Assembly (NCBI GenBank): GCA_964016885.1
Contig: OZ024741.1
Coordinates: 127,348,001 to 127,412,000, forward strand
Length of the DNA stretch: 64,000 nucleotides
Reading direction: 5' to 3'
Origin: Eledone cirrhosa
Taxonomy: Eukaryota
Position numbers and translations under genes: made by a program
Notes under the pieces: generated by a model
The model's input: the letters and a program-made list of their open reading frames with translations, nothing else
Databases searched by the model: none
Told to the model about the DNA's origin: nothing
Shown: one piece after another, positions 13,672 to 27,097 of the stretch
How positions within the stretch are numbered: position 1 is the first letter of the stretch
Layout of the letters: the number at the start of each line of letters is the position of its first letter

Positions 13672-14319
13672 CAGTGGTTCCCAACCTTTTTGCAACCAGC
13701 GCCCTCTTTGGGCACAAACCATTTTGTCAACACCTCCCTGTCAAATTAAATTTCAAATATACCAAATTCATCTTTCATAACAAGATAAAACTTAGGTATT
13801 AGTGCAAAAATAATTTTAATATTGTTTTCATTTCTATTATAAATGCCAATGATTAAAATACTAAAAAAAAACTTTTATTTGATAGCTTATCTCAATGTTT
13901 TCAATGCGATGGTTGACTTTGTTGCTTACTGGCAAAGGCTCTTACTCTAGGTTCCATGCTCCTTAGAAGTAATCGATCTCGTTTTGTAATTTGCAGGTGG
14001 TTTCTTTGTTTAGTGAAAAACTGTGTAACTGCGTTGAAACTACATTCACCCATATAGGAATGTTGTAAGAGTGAAACAGGAAGTGACTGGATGGTTCTTA
14101 ACCTAAAAGGGTTCTCTGCTAAATAAGAGTTTCTAAGGGAAGATAAAACAAGAGGTGGAGCAAAATAGATAATATATCAGAATGACCGATATTGAATAAT
14201 TTTTGAAAATTTGAAGAATAAAAATGTATACACCCCCCATGAAATAAAATCTCCCAGCGCCCCTTTTCAACACAATAATGCCCGCAAGGGGGCGCTAGCA
14301 CCCACGTTCGGAAACACTG
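13672..14319 (-). mobile_element. Internally deleted hAT (Buster/Charlie) element
   Basis: TIRs CAGTGGTTCCCAAC / GTTCGGAAACACTG; perfect 8-bp TSD ATTTAAGG (13664-13671 and 14320-14327); minus-strand remnant ECSFNAVTQFFTKQRNHLQIT..RLLLRSMEPRV..SKQQSQPSH* is typical of Buster transposase C-termini. Confidence 0.92.
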
Positions 14320-14916
14320 ATTTAAGGTCTGTTTTTCCCCCTGCTGGCATGGCTATATATATATATATGTGGGACACCTCAAACTATGCAGTGGAATCGA
14401 ACCCAGGACCTCACAATTATAAATCCAACTACTTAGGATTGTGTCTTCCAATATCATATAGATGCTGTTGCTGCTGGCATATCATCTATAAATATATTGA
14501 CTGCCTATTCTACTAGAGTCAACTTTGTATTTAATCAAATTGGTACTCTGATGGCTTCACAATCATCAGGTCCTGGATTCAATCTCATTGTGACATCTTG
14601 TTATAAAAAAAGAGCTAAACAAAGGATTGGAAGAACTCTTCAGCTAATCTCTTTAGTGTCAATGTTTTATATGATAAACATACCCAGTACACTGGAAAAT
14701 TAATAGGGGGGGGGGGGGTTCTTAAGGAGGCTAGGATGTTCTTGGTTAAAGTCTTTAATCACAAGTCTGTCTGTGTAGGATTTATCTGGAACTAAGCAAC
14801 AACAACAATGCAATGTTAGTGACAAGATATGAACTATCAACCTCTCAGTTATGATTTTTTTTTCCATCTGAACTCTCTCCCTCCTCTATTCAATCAAGCC
14901 ATAATCTTATCTACTG

Positions 14917-14917
14917 C

Positions 14918-14980
<63 letters not shown>

Positions 14981-15610
14981 GAGGAGGTATGGTACCCCCT
15001 CCTTTCTTCCATTGATTTTTGCCGTCTGGGCACATGGAGGTAAGGTACCTATCTCCCTCACTACCTTCAATCAAGCGACTAAAACAAACATACACACTAA
15101 AATGTCTGACCTTGTGCCAAGTAATTGGAGCTGTTCTTATTTTCTATCATTCTCAATCACTCTGTCGCTCTTTTTCTTACTCATTCACTCACTCATTCTC
15201 TCTCTTTCACTCACTCATTCTCTCTCTCTTTCACTCACTCTCTCTCTCTTTCACTCACTTACTCATTCTCTCACTCACTCACTCTCTCTCTCACTCACTC
15301 ATTTTCTCTCTCTTTCACTCACTCACTCTCTCTCACTCATTCTCTCTCACTCACTCACTCTCTCTCTCTTTCACTCATTCTCTCTCTTTCACTCATTCTC
15401 TCTCTTTCACTCACTCTCTTTCACTCACTCACTCATTCTCTCTCTTTCTCACTCACTCTCTCTCTTTCTCTCACTCACTCATTCTCTCTCTCTTTCACTC
15501 ACTCACTCACTCACTCTCTCTTTCACTCACTCATTCTCTCTCTCTCTCTTTCACTCACTCATTCTCTCTCTCTCTCTTTCACTCACTCTCTCACTTCCAC
15601 TCTCTTTCTG
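14917..15610. repeat. (CT)n tract and compound (CT)n/(CACT)n microsatellite array
   Basis: Direct inspection; explains the Ser/Leu/His-rich ORFs at 14829-15761. Confidence 0.95.
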
Positions 15611-15774
15611 TAAGTTTATTTGTTTGTATATTTTTTACCCCAATTCTTCATTGTATTCTATAACAGAACAGTGTCTTTGTATTTCACTACACACATACTT
15701 TCTCTCTCTTTGTTATATATCATCATCATCATCTTCGTTTAACGTCCATTTTCCATGCTAGCATCGGTTATATG

Positions 15775-15811
<37 letters not shown>

Positions 15812-15946
15812 TGGCATTTCCTGACCTTTAGCATCACTAGAAAAGCTATTCTTCTTCAAGACTTTTATTCTTATTATTAAATAAATTAACATTTTTATTT
15901 TTATTATTTTTGTTATTGTTGTTTGATATTATGCTGTTTATTGTTA

Positions 15947-16828
15947 TCTATATATATAAAACTGTGGTTGTCTGTCTGTCTATCGATTTTTGGCACACAT
16001 CTCCTCTTAGAATCTCTCACGGAATTGCACCGAAATTGCTATACTTGTACATTGAGCCCTAGCGAAGACATCGGAAAAAAAAAATTTCAAATTGACCCAC
16101 CCTATGTGACGAAATCGAATATAATGTATCGATTTTTGAGCGTAAGTGATCAGTTATTTCCCTTTGTTCTGTTTACATTGAGCGTCTTACGTAAAAAATT
16201 ACGCTGGCTTTCTCAGCGTTTAAAATGACATTAACAGTTGTCGAGCCAGCAAAATATTGACCTGCAAAATTCATCAGTTCGAACACTAAGCTTCCGTTTT
16301 GCTTCATTTCCATTTAAAAGCATTTTAAAACAATATTTTTACTTGAAAACAAGTCTACTTAAAAACTACGTAAAACAAGCAAATATTTCGTCGTTAGGCG
16401 TGCAGACAGACAGTCGTGCAGAGAGGTGATATACGCGTGCAGACAGACAGTCGTGCAGAGAGGTGATATAGGCGTGCAGACAGACAGTCGTGCAGAGAGG
16501 TGATATAGGCGTGCAGACAGACATAACTGATAATTTGGTTACGCCAATGTTTTTCTCTGCGTTGCAGTGTTTACATTTTCGATCTTTGTTAATAAATAAC
16601 CAGTGCAGTTTTTATCCCCAGCATCCTCTTTTGTTATAACATTCGGGTTATCGTTATGTTTTCTTAACTTCATAAGGCATATTGTTGGTTGAGGGAATAT
16701 TAATCAAAAACACCACATGCAAGTCTGCACAGTAGACACTACAGTTTTTAAGCCAAAAAAGAAACTTAACATTGTAACTTTAACGCAGCTACTGAGCGAC
16801 CCCGAGCAACGCCGGGCTTTACTGCTAG
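15947..16828 (+). mobile_element. Complete non-autonomous Helitron
   Basis: 5' TCTATATATATAAAAC followed by (CTGT)n; 3' hairpin CCCGAGCAACGCCGGG then CTAG; inserted between A (15946) and T (16829) with no TSD; internal 37-bp tandem repeat at 16397-16523. Confidence 0.9.
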
Positions 16829-17469
16829 TTATTAATATTATTGTTGTTGCATTGTTTAGTGTCATTTTATTATGTTCACAAGTCTTATTAGATAGCTTCC
16901 ATTGTAGTTTCAACACTAGGAGATTTGTTCTGTTGCTGTAGTTATTTATCTCAATAACTGTCTCTTTTATTATTTCTATTGTATCTTCTTTTAATTCCTT
17001 GAGCTCCCTGTGGTGCAATTGGTCCAACAGAGATCTTGTGTATTTTGTGTGTGTGTGTATAAGGAAAGGAAAGGAGAGTTGTTATTTGGAGGGTAGTTGG
17101 TATGTCTAGAATGGACCTCTGTTGGTTTCTACAAGTATATCAGCTGTTTGATCAACAGAACAGTCTACTCCTGAAATTAATATATAAGTGGCTGAGCATT
17201 CCACACACGCATACACGTCTCTCGATTTGTAAAATGGTAAAATGGGATTTGAAGGAGATTTATTTCATTGCTATTTCTAGCAGTTCAAGCAGCTATGTTG
17301 TATTTCTTGCCATAGCATGTCCTGAATGAGGTTGTTGTTGTTTAGCCCCATATCAGCACCTGATCCAGTAAACCTATAGTCCAAAGTTGTTTCAGCTACG
17401 AAACCCTGTCTTCTATTCATTGATATAGAGGAAAATCCCAAAAGAAAGTGGACGACTGATTGAGTGCCG

Positions 17470-17690
17470 TACAAGGTTTGATGGTCACTGCTTTTGTGTA
17501 AAAGATGAGATGATTTCAGACCTCTTGTTGTGGGAGATCTCCTCTACCAGAAAGCTAAGATACCAGGGTACCATAGCAAGGGACACTGGAATTGACAAGG
17601 ATGACCTACAGATCTTGATAGGAAACAGACCATTGGTGCGAAGTTGTGCTTGCCATCTTGCCTAAGGGCGATGGATAAGATAAGACTATT
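17470..17690 (+). mobile_element. Old RTE-type 3' fragment
   Basis: Translates in part to ISDLLLWE and IARDTGIDKDDLQILI, typical of RTE ORF ends; short GATAA-repeat tail. Confidence 0.5.
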
Positions 17691-19859
17691 CATTGTTCAC
17701 TATGGACATAAGGCATGGCTTAGTGGATAAAACATTTGCTTCACAATCCTGAAGCTGCAAGTTCAATATGACTGCATTCAAGACCAGACTTTCACATGTT
17801 GAGACCCTTCTCTAAAAACAAAATTCCAGTAAACAAAATGTTTAATAATTATACATGATTATTTTTATATTAATGTTAAGGATAAAGAATAAATAATATA
17901 TATATCTTTATATATATATATACTCTTTTACCTGTTCCAGCCATCCGGCTGAGACCATGCTGATATATATATATAATCTTTTACTCTTTTCCCTGTTCAG
18001 CCATCTGGCTTAGGCCATGCTGGGGCTCTGTCCCTATATATAATTTTTGATCATTTAGTGTTAAAGAATAAAGACTTGATAAAATAAGAATATATATTTT
18101 AAAATGAGGCCCCCATGGGTGTGTGGCTCTAAGCTATAGCTTACTTAGCTAATAAATAAGTCCAGTACTGACTGCACGGCATCTTGTGAAAGTGTTTTGC
18201 TGTTATTTCGAACTTGCATTATAATTACTCACAACATAATTTATTAATTTCGTAATAATAGGCTGACATAATTGTAGAGATCTGTTGAATGTTTATAATT
18301 CTCAGTCAAATAATTAACATGTTGCCAAACAAGTCAAAAATTATCATATAAAAATCTTGTATTGTTTAAGTGAATATTTAAGCTCTAAATATCACACAGT
18401 CAGAAAGGGAGCTTCTATATGACCACACAATTTCATAGAAATAACAGACATCTATCACAAATCACACTGATTGCCTAACCTATAATTCCTGAGTTGTCGG
18501 GGCACTGTAATTTAAGCCCAAGTATGTCCACTGTCAATTTCTGTGTGTGTGTGTGTATAAGAGAGAGAGATAAAATCGACTTTAGTAGCGGACTGTGAAT
18601 TACAGACACAGTGTATAATATATCATAGTTTAAGTGGTTGAGTATTCCACAGACATGTACCTTTAATGTAATTCTGGACATGATCAGTGTGATACAATGT
18701 GTGACTAAGTTAAACCTTTGAATTACAGGTATAGTTCATCTAACAGGCTTCCACACAGCATCCATTTACCCAATTTCCCCTCAGAGGATTTTTAAGTGGA
18801 ACTGTGTGTTAGTTGGTTCTGATAATAAAAGTTCCAGTTGATTGAATCAAGCTAACAGTCTACTCATGAAATTAATGCGCAAGTGGCTGAGCATTTCTTA
18901 GACATGTGTAGATCTAAGGGAGATTCAGCATGACACTATGTGACAAGGCTAACCCTTTGAATTACAGTTATAACTGATTTTGAAATTAATGAGTAATGAC
19001 TGAAAGAATATGATAGCTAATACAAGTCTCCGCAGGCTCCACCGCAAACCTATCAGAGAGAGGTCAATACTTTGACAGTTTTCCCTCTTCAGTCTAGTGA
19101 GCAGTGAAGCCTGGGCTGGTAGCCAAATGCACCAGGTTGCCACTAGAGGTGATGTCACAACTGTTTTTCAACTTTGATACCAAACTGTCTGAAACAGCCC
19201 GTTTTATATTTATCTAAAAACCTTCCATTATAATTTATTTAAGAAATGTTCTAAGTTATGTTCCAAATACCAGCTTATAATTGAGAAAGTTAAGTTATAT
19301 TACTAAATCCCCCGAAAATGTTGATTATTTTTCATCTGATTTCAAAATCCTAAGTCGTGTCTTTCATTCAAAATGTGTTAATGAAAGGGTTAAAGTGTTT
19401 ATCCTCATCATCATACGTCTGTTTTCCATACTTACATGGGTTAGATTGGTTGTCTCATTACAAGATAAGTCAGGTCAGGTGACCTTGTATTGCTCATTCA
19501 GAACTCTTTCTGGTTAGGTTTCTACAGCTGTATGCCCTTTTTAATGCCATCTGTGTTACCAAAAAGACCATTATCTAAAAGCGTTCCATCATAATTTGAT
19601 TTAAGAACCTTTCTTTAGTTATATTCCAAAACAACTTAATAAAAAGGTTAGTTATATTACTAAATACCTCCAAATTCTTGGTTATTTTCAAAAAGATTTG
19701 AAAATCAAAGATAGTATCTTTCATGAGAAATATGGTAAAGAAATGTTTAGCCCTATTATGCCTTATGATGATGGGCTCTCAGAGCACTTTCTCTTGTTTG
19801 TTTTTTTGTTTGTTGTTGTTTTTTTTTGCATAAGGGAGCAGATTTTTCTCTGAAATTTG

Positions 19860-20745
19860 GTAACTAAATCAAAACCATTCAATGTGGGGGTCAGACTTCG
19901 CCATGGGTGCATACTGTCACCTCTCCTGTTCGTTATTTTCATTAACACGATTGACATGCGCAACCGGGTTGGAAGAGGTATCATGACTGGCGGTGTAGAT
20001 TTGCAGATGGCATGGTGTTACTTAACTTGACAGAAGGTGATCTCCGACTTGCCACTTCATAGGTTTGATGCCGAGTGCTGCATGGCTGGAATGAAAATCA
20101 CTGCTGCAAAAACTGACACACTAATCCTCTCAAAGATTCCTGCACAGTGCATTCTATATGTGAATGGAGTTCCACTGAAGCAGGTGGAGAAGTTCAAGAA
20201 TCTTGAGGCCATGTTCAAGAGTGATGGAAGGCAGGAGGCTGAATTAAGTACAAGAATTACAGGAACTGGTGCAGAAATGCGCCAACTTCAACATTCGGTA
20301 ATCAGAAGAAGGGAAATAGGTGTATAAGCCAAACTCACTGCCTTCAATTCAGTATTCGTGCCAACCCTTACCCATAGTCATGAATCTTGGGTAATGACCG
20401 AAAGAATACGATCACAAATACAAGTGGCTGAAATGGGGTTCCTCAAAAGAGTGTTTGGAGTAATGTTACTCAATAGTGTGTAGCTCGGAGATCAGAGAGT
20501 CACTCCAGGTAGAGCCACTACTTCTCCGATTTGAGAGATCACAGCTCCGAAACTATGAGCAAGAAGTTAGAATCTCTCAGAAAAGAACCGCTGGACAGAT
20601 TTTACAGGCTAAACCAACTGGTAGGAGCCCCAGGGGTAGACCACCTCAAGCAAGATGGTTGGATAACATCCATAAGCTCAGCTGGTTTGCTTGGGGTCCA
20701 GCCAGATCAGTTGGAAACTGTTGCTTCTGTCAGGATCCACTAGGA
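19860..20745 (+). pseudogene. Rex3/Expander-like RTE retrotransposon fragment (RT C-terminal half)
   Basis: Disrupted frames give GVRLRHGCILSPLLFVIF, LKQVEKFKNL, HESWVMTERIRSQIQVAEMGFLKRV, EIRESLQVEPLLLRFERSQLR and PTGRSPRGRP. Confidence 0.88.
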
Positions 20746-21464
20746 GTGTTTGAGGAAAAAGTGGGCAAAGAAGAAAAATTTGGTAACTTTCCCTAAACTT
20801 TATTATGTTAAATGCTCACATAACTGATTTTGAAAAAGATTTTCCCCGTTCCATGGAAATGTTAGGAGTTGAACAGGTGGTACAAAATTATATTTCTTTG
20901 ATTTTTCTTATAAAATTTCAACCGAAACAATATTGCCAAACATTACTAATCTAATGGTTTGAGTTGCATGGTTACCTGGTTACCATGGTAACAATTTTTT
21001 TATCCAGATTTTATAGGGTTAGTAAATAAATCGAGAGAGCCAGAATTAATGCTACAAGCATTTCATCTGATGCCCTAACAAAATATATAATCCTAGGACA
21101 TATACCCTACAGTCAAGCTTAAACCATTTCCAAGCTCGATTATGTCTTATAATATCTACAAATGTAGAATATTGGTCCTACCACTCTCAATTAGTAACAT
21201 CTTATATATATATATATATATATATATCTGACAAAGACAGTGAGATTGATCTATCGCATCGAGCTAATAATATGGAGTCACATGACTAATATCTATTAGT
21301 CGCTTATCGATTTATCTTCTGAAACGATCGTAAAACAGTGAACTGATGAAGCACTAAACTTTGCTCTTTGTTTTTATTGTTCAATATATAGATAATATAT
21401 ATATATAGACACATGCTAGCGTGGAAGATAGACGTTAAACGATGATGATGATGATGACATACAC

Positions 21465-21499
<35 letters not shown>

Positions 21500-22692
21500 C
21501 ACTTATACATATATATTATCATCGTTTAACGTCCATCTTCCATGCTAGCATGGGTTAGACTGTTTTGTTCCATTTGATTCGGAATTGCTCGGGAGACCCT
21601 GTCTCGCTCGTACGGAAGTGTTTCTGGCAGGTTTTTTATAGCTGGATGCCTGTGTGTATATATATATATATATGCGCGTGCGCACACACATACATAAAAA
21701 TATCTGTTTATATATATATATACTCATATATAATTTGCATCTTTTTCCACGAGAACACGTGAAAAGCTAGCATGTGACATGTCTGCTGGTCTGATTTTAC
21801 ATATGCATATATATATTTTTCACACACTCATACACACACACACACACACGTTTGTATACAAGCACACACACACACACACATATGTTTGTATACAAGCACA
21901 CACACACACACACACGTGTTGCAGTCTGCCTGGAAGTGAAAAACAAGCTAACAACTTATAAAAAGTTTGCTACTACTATTACTACCACTGCAACTACAAT
22001 TACTATTAAAATAACCACCACTACTACAATTATTACTACTACTCTTGCTGATTTACAGTGGTGGTATTTAACAAATAGCAGCAGTACAACGACCTAGGAG
22101 GTAACTTGAGAGAATAACCGAGTGCACCACTACCTCTATTATCACCATTACTACCACTATTACCACTATAACTACCACCACCACTACTACTTTTGCTACC
22201 ACCACTGCTGCTGCCATCAACCACCGCTACAGCTACTACAAGAAGCTAGAAGGTAACTTGAGAGAACAGCTGAGTACATCACCTGTTGGTATGTTAGTAA
22301 CATGACACTAAATTCCTACAGACCATACTACTACCACAACTATTAATAATGATAATAATAATAATTGTTTCTACTTTTGGCACAAGGCCAGCAATTACCC
22401 AGTGTATTACTGGTACTTTATTTTATCGACCCCGTAAGGATGAAAGGCAAAGTTAACCTCGGCGGGATTTGAACTCACAATGGCAAGGGCCGTAACTCTA
22501 TGCGATAACCCTCTACCGATACTGCCAATAATAATAATTGTTTCTAGTTTAGGCACAAGGTCAGCAAATACCCAGTACATTACTGGTACTGATGATTTAT
22601 TGCCACAAGGGTATCAGATAAAGTGGGCATTATAATTTACATGAAGGTGAAGGCTTACATAGAAATGAGGGGAGATGGGTAACAAGTATATA

Positions 22693-22815
22693 TAGTATAC
22701 AAATTAGATATAGGTAGTATACAAATTAGATATAGGTAGTATACAAATTAAATATAGGTAGTATACAAATTAGATATAGGTAGTATACAAATTAGATATA
22801 CATAGTGTACAATTA
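22693..22815. repeat. 22-bp tandem repeat, about 5.5 copies
   Basis: Unit TAGTATACAAATTAGATATAGG. Confidence 0.92.
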
Positions 22816-23557
22816 TATAAGGCATTCAGTCCTCCTAGTACAGAGAACTGAATGCCAGAAGTTAATTGAGGACACCCCACCCCACCACCCACCCCCGAAT
22901 ACACGATTACCCTGACCACTAAGGGCAAGCGTCCTCTCAACTGTCATCCAACCACCAGGCACAACCTGTTCTCATTGTCTTGTTAGATTTGCTTCTGTAA
23001 ACATTTTGTCTCTAGTTTGGGTTCATTTTGGTTACATGAGCTACAGGAAGTCAAGTCAAATTTATATTTTTATAAATATATATCATATATGTAAGGTAAT
23101 CATGTTGGTGACATGATAAAAAGCAGCCAATTGCAGGGTTGGAGGAGGGGGGGGGGGGGGGGGCTCATACACAAAAAAAATAGCATACACAACACCCCCC
23201 TTCCCAATTTTACATATCAAAGTTAGCCTGGTACAAGTAATTGGATTTAAAAAGTTATATATACAGGTATTAAATTCAAAAATTTTAACCATCCTAAAAC
23301 TAAAACCCCAGCTGAGGGCACAAATAAATTGCTATGGCTATTGCTGGTGTGTGTGTGTCCTCCCACTGCACTGTAAAGTGGTCATGTAGGCGCCACTGTA
23401 AATGAGGTTGGTGTTAGGAAGGGTATCCAGCTGTAGAAATCAAACCAGAATCAGTTCTGTATGAGCAAGACATAATCACCTGACCTGGCATTGGTCAGAG
23501 CAGGACAACTCATCTAACTCATGCTAGCGTGGAAGAATGGACATAAAACGGTAATGA

Positions 23558-23599
<42 letters not shown>

Positions 23600-23998
23600 T
23601 TTGCCAACTTAAGTATGCATTTTTTCCTGAATATTATTTGTATTATATACCATCATCATCATCATTTCATTTTACGTCCGATTTTCACTGCTTGCAAGGG
23701 TGGAACGGGAACTGATTCTGGCATGATTTCTACAGCTGGATGCCCTTCCTAACACCAACCTCATTTACAGTGAGTGCTGGGTGCTTTTTTCCGTGGCGCC
23801 TACACGTCCACTTTACAGTGGATTGATAGGGACCCCATCTCATTTCTACAGCTGAGTAAACTGGAGCAATGTGAAATAAAGTGTCTTGCTCAAAATACTA
23901 TTTCTCAAATGATATCACTCTTTCTCTCTCTCTAAATATATCTTTTAAATTTCAAATATATATCATCATCATCATCATCATCATACATCCGCTTTTCC

Positions 23999-24030
<32 letters not shown>

Positions 24031-24306
24031 ATTTATGTTGACACTGGTCAACAAATGGTATTTGTTTATATCTTGTAACTTAGTGATTCAACCAAAAAAG
24101 TATCAGAATTGGGTTCAGTATGATTGCCTACATCCTTGAAGTCATTGCCCCAGTCAGGTCACTCTCAAAAGACTGATACCAATCTAAGTATAGATTAGGA
24201 AGAATCTAATACAAGGATGCACTAAGTATTGTTATGTGTTTATATGAAAGTAGAGTAACTTTCTGTTACGCCCAGGGTCTCATCTGCATGGAATTTACCC
24301 CAGTTT

Positions 24307-24580
24307 TTAAGTGACTGGGAGTATGAGACCCTTCCTCCACCTCCAATTTAGAGTCTTAATTTTATGTGGCATTAAATGACTGGGAGTGTGAGACTTCTTC
24401 TGGAGTCTGTTAGTTCCATGTGGTATTAAATGACTGGGAGTGTGAGACTTCTTCTGGAGTCTGTTAATTTCATGTGGTATTAAATGACTGGGAGTGTGAG
24501 ACTTCTTCTGGAGTCTGTTAGTTCCATGTGGCATCAAGTGACAGAGTACAAGACTTCCTCTCTGGAGTTTGTTAGTTTCA
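24307..24580. repeat. 54-bp tandem repeat, about 5 copies, contiguous with a minus-strand CORE-type SINE at 24585-24745
   Basis: Unit TAAATGACTGGGAGTGTGAGACTTCTTCTGGAGTCTGTTAGTTCCATGTGGTAT; produces the 18-aa repeat in ORF 24307-24537. Confidence 0.9.
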
Positions 24581-25119
24581 GAAACTGTTGCTGCTACTGG
24601 TACTCATTTTATTTCAGCTGAGTGGACTAGAGCAATGTAAAAATGAAGTGTCTTGCTCAAGGGCAACACTTAATCCAGCCTGGAAGTCGAACCCACATTC
24701 TGATGATCATAAGCCTAACATCCTTACCACTAGGCCATGCATGTTCACTGTGTTTATATGGTAAAACCAAGCCAACTTATGAAGCTGATAATAGATAAAA
24801 CATGAAGTTCAAGTACATGACTGTGCATATCCTGGTGTTGCCACAGGTACACCGTATCTCTGTTGTAAGGGAAGGGGCTAAAAGAGTTGGTATCAAGATA
24901 AGTAAACAAGGGAAATTACCTTAAAATGGTTGATGATGGTGGTGATGGCAGCAGCTGCAGTGTTGTTGGTGGTAGCAGTGGGGGTGGCATTGTTGTTGTT
25001 CAAGCACTTTTATCATCAGTTTTCATACATGTTGCTTACATAATACAATAAAGTTAAGCTTACTTATAAAAATTTACTGATGCGCACAAACACTTCATTT
25101 TGATAGACACACATCTGTT

Positions 25120-25355
25120 TGGATGTGTGTACTGCATACCTCAACAGATGTGTGTACTGCATACCTCAACAGATGTGTGTACTGCGTACCTTTACAGGTA
25201 TGTGTCCTACTTCTGTGGGTGTATGTACTACATACCTCTACAGATGTGTGTACTATGTACCTCTACAGGAATGTGTACTACTTCTGTGGGTGTATGTACT
25301 ACCTACCTACATAGCTCTACAGATGTGTGTACTACACATTTCTACAGATGTATGT
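25120..25355. repeat. Degenerate minisatellite of about 25 bp
   Basis: Unit CAGATGTGTGTACTGCATACCTC(A/T)A. Confidence 0.85.
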
Positions 25356-26892
25356 ATCTGTACAGAATTGAACATCGTTTTTACATTTATTTTTTCATAT
25401 ATGCATTTTTTTTTTTTTTTTTTTAAATCTTAACATATTTGTCCTGGCTTTTTACATTGAGTTTAAATCCCACTGGGGTCTATTTTGCCTTTCATCTTTT
25501 CAGAGTCGTCGATAAAATAAAGTACCAGTGAGGTACTAGGGTTGGTTTATCCTATTATGTTAATGGATGGGGAAGTGTTCAGAGCCCCCCCCTGTTTTGT
25601 TTTTGTTTTTGTTTTTTTCATAACTTTTTAAAGGAAGCGGGTACACTATCTCTGTGTGTGTCAGGTTTAGAATAGGTACTGTATTACCAATGTATATGCC
25701 CAGTTTAGAAATAGGTACACTATATCGTGTGTGTGTATCTGGTTTAGAATAGGTTCACTGTGTGCTTTTGTGTTAGGTTTAGATAAATATATCATATTCC
25801 TGTTTGTACCTGGTTCAGAATAGCTACACTGTACCCCTGCATGTTCTAAGAGGCAACTAAAAGGTTTGGCACCTGGCTAAAATGGCTAATCTAGATGTAA
25901 AACATTGAGTATTATGTCTACCATGGAGCCCACAAATCTAACAAATCTAATAGCATGGAAAATTACTGTAACCATTCTAGCAAGATTATATACAACCTCT
26001 GTTTTAATTATCAAAATAATCAAGAATTATGACAAGTTAAATGAAATAACTTTGAACTTAATAATAAATGGCAAATATTTAACTACTGAAATCTAATATT
26101 AGCTTGGTTGGTCTTGCTTGGGGCTTCAGCTGGAGCAATTGGAGAGGTTGCTTCTTATAGGAAGGAGTGAACATTTTAAAACATGTAATTTTGTAACATA
26201 AAACCAGGGCGGTTTCAAATGGTTTGGCATCAAAAGGGTTAAACCACAGGCCTTTCAGCAGCTAGGGATGAACTGACTAATTTTGTTGTCTTTCTTAAAA
26301 CTCATCAAGGTTTGTTTACCTCCACATTCCTTAATGTATTATACACAAAGAAAGTTACTGTTTCATTGTGTATAATATGATTTGTTTCTGAAGCTTAAAA
26401 AAATGGGAATAAATTACACCTCCTGTGTAATATACTATTCTTTAGTACAGTCATGCCTATGTACATTTTTGTTTTGTTTTGTTTGTTTGTTTTGTTTTTT
26501 TGTAAACTTGTATCCTGTTATCCATCAAAATCTCAATTTCATCCACATATTTCACTACAATATTCAGTTTCTCATGACATTAAAAAATGTAAAACAACTG
26601 AATATATAAGTTTTTGTGTAGAAGTTGGCTTATTTAATTTCTATTGCTTTATTTTTCTCAAATCATTTACTTTAGTAAACTAGGTACTGAGTCAAGAAAC
26701 GGGGGGGGGGGGTCTCTGTTTAGTAAACAACTTCACAGCATTATCACCAACTTCCTAGAATTATTGGCCTATTTCAAACATGAAAAAGTACATCTTTTAA
26801 CAATAGTTACGCCTCAGTTGTAACAATGTTATCTTATATAGCCCTTTTATCAATTTCCTGGTGTTTTTTAAGAAAAAAAAAGCGATGTTTAA

Positions 26893-27097
26893 CCCTTTAG
26901 CATTTAAACTGGCCATATCCAGCCAGAATTCTCTCACCTGTTTCTGTTTAAACTAACCGTAACCAGCCACTCACTGATATCAATGTATTGTTCTCAAAAT
27001 AAATATGAAAATCTCGTAGATTCCGTATTATGTAAGATAATTATGTGAGGTAAAACCTTTACCATGAAAATATAATAGTAATGTAAATATTAAAGGG
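26893..27097. mobile_element. TTAA-flanked MITE (piggyBac-like ends)
   Basis: TTAA-CCCTTTAGCATTTA ... TAAATATTAAAGGG-TTAA; related copies at 28140-28289 and 47761-47965. Confidence 0.8.

Noticed and set aside
14829-15761. 310-aa and overlapping ORFs rich in S/L/H/T
   Set aside because: Translation of a CT/CACT microsatellite that lacks stop codons.
16397-16523. Regularly spaced repeats that might suggest a CRISPR array (also 24307-24580 and 1910-2255)
   Set aside because: Head-to-tail units without unique spacers, eukaryotic context and no cas genes.
21960-22360. Thr- or Gly/Ser-rich ORFs and a short direct repeat
   Set aside because: ACT/ACC trinucleotide low complexity with no convincing splice context.
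22821-22856. Hairpin GGCATTCAGT..ACTGAATGCC
   Set aside because: Too short for a pre-miRNA and lies in what looks like a retroelement 3' UTR remnant.
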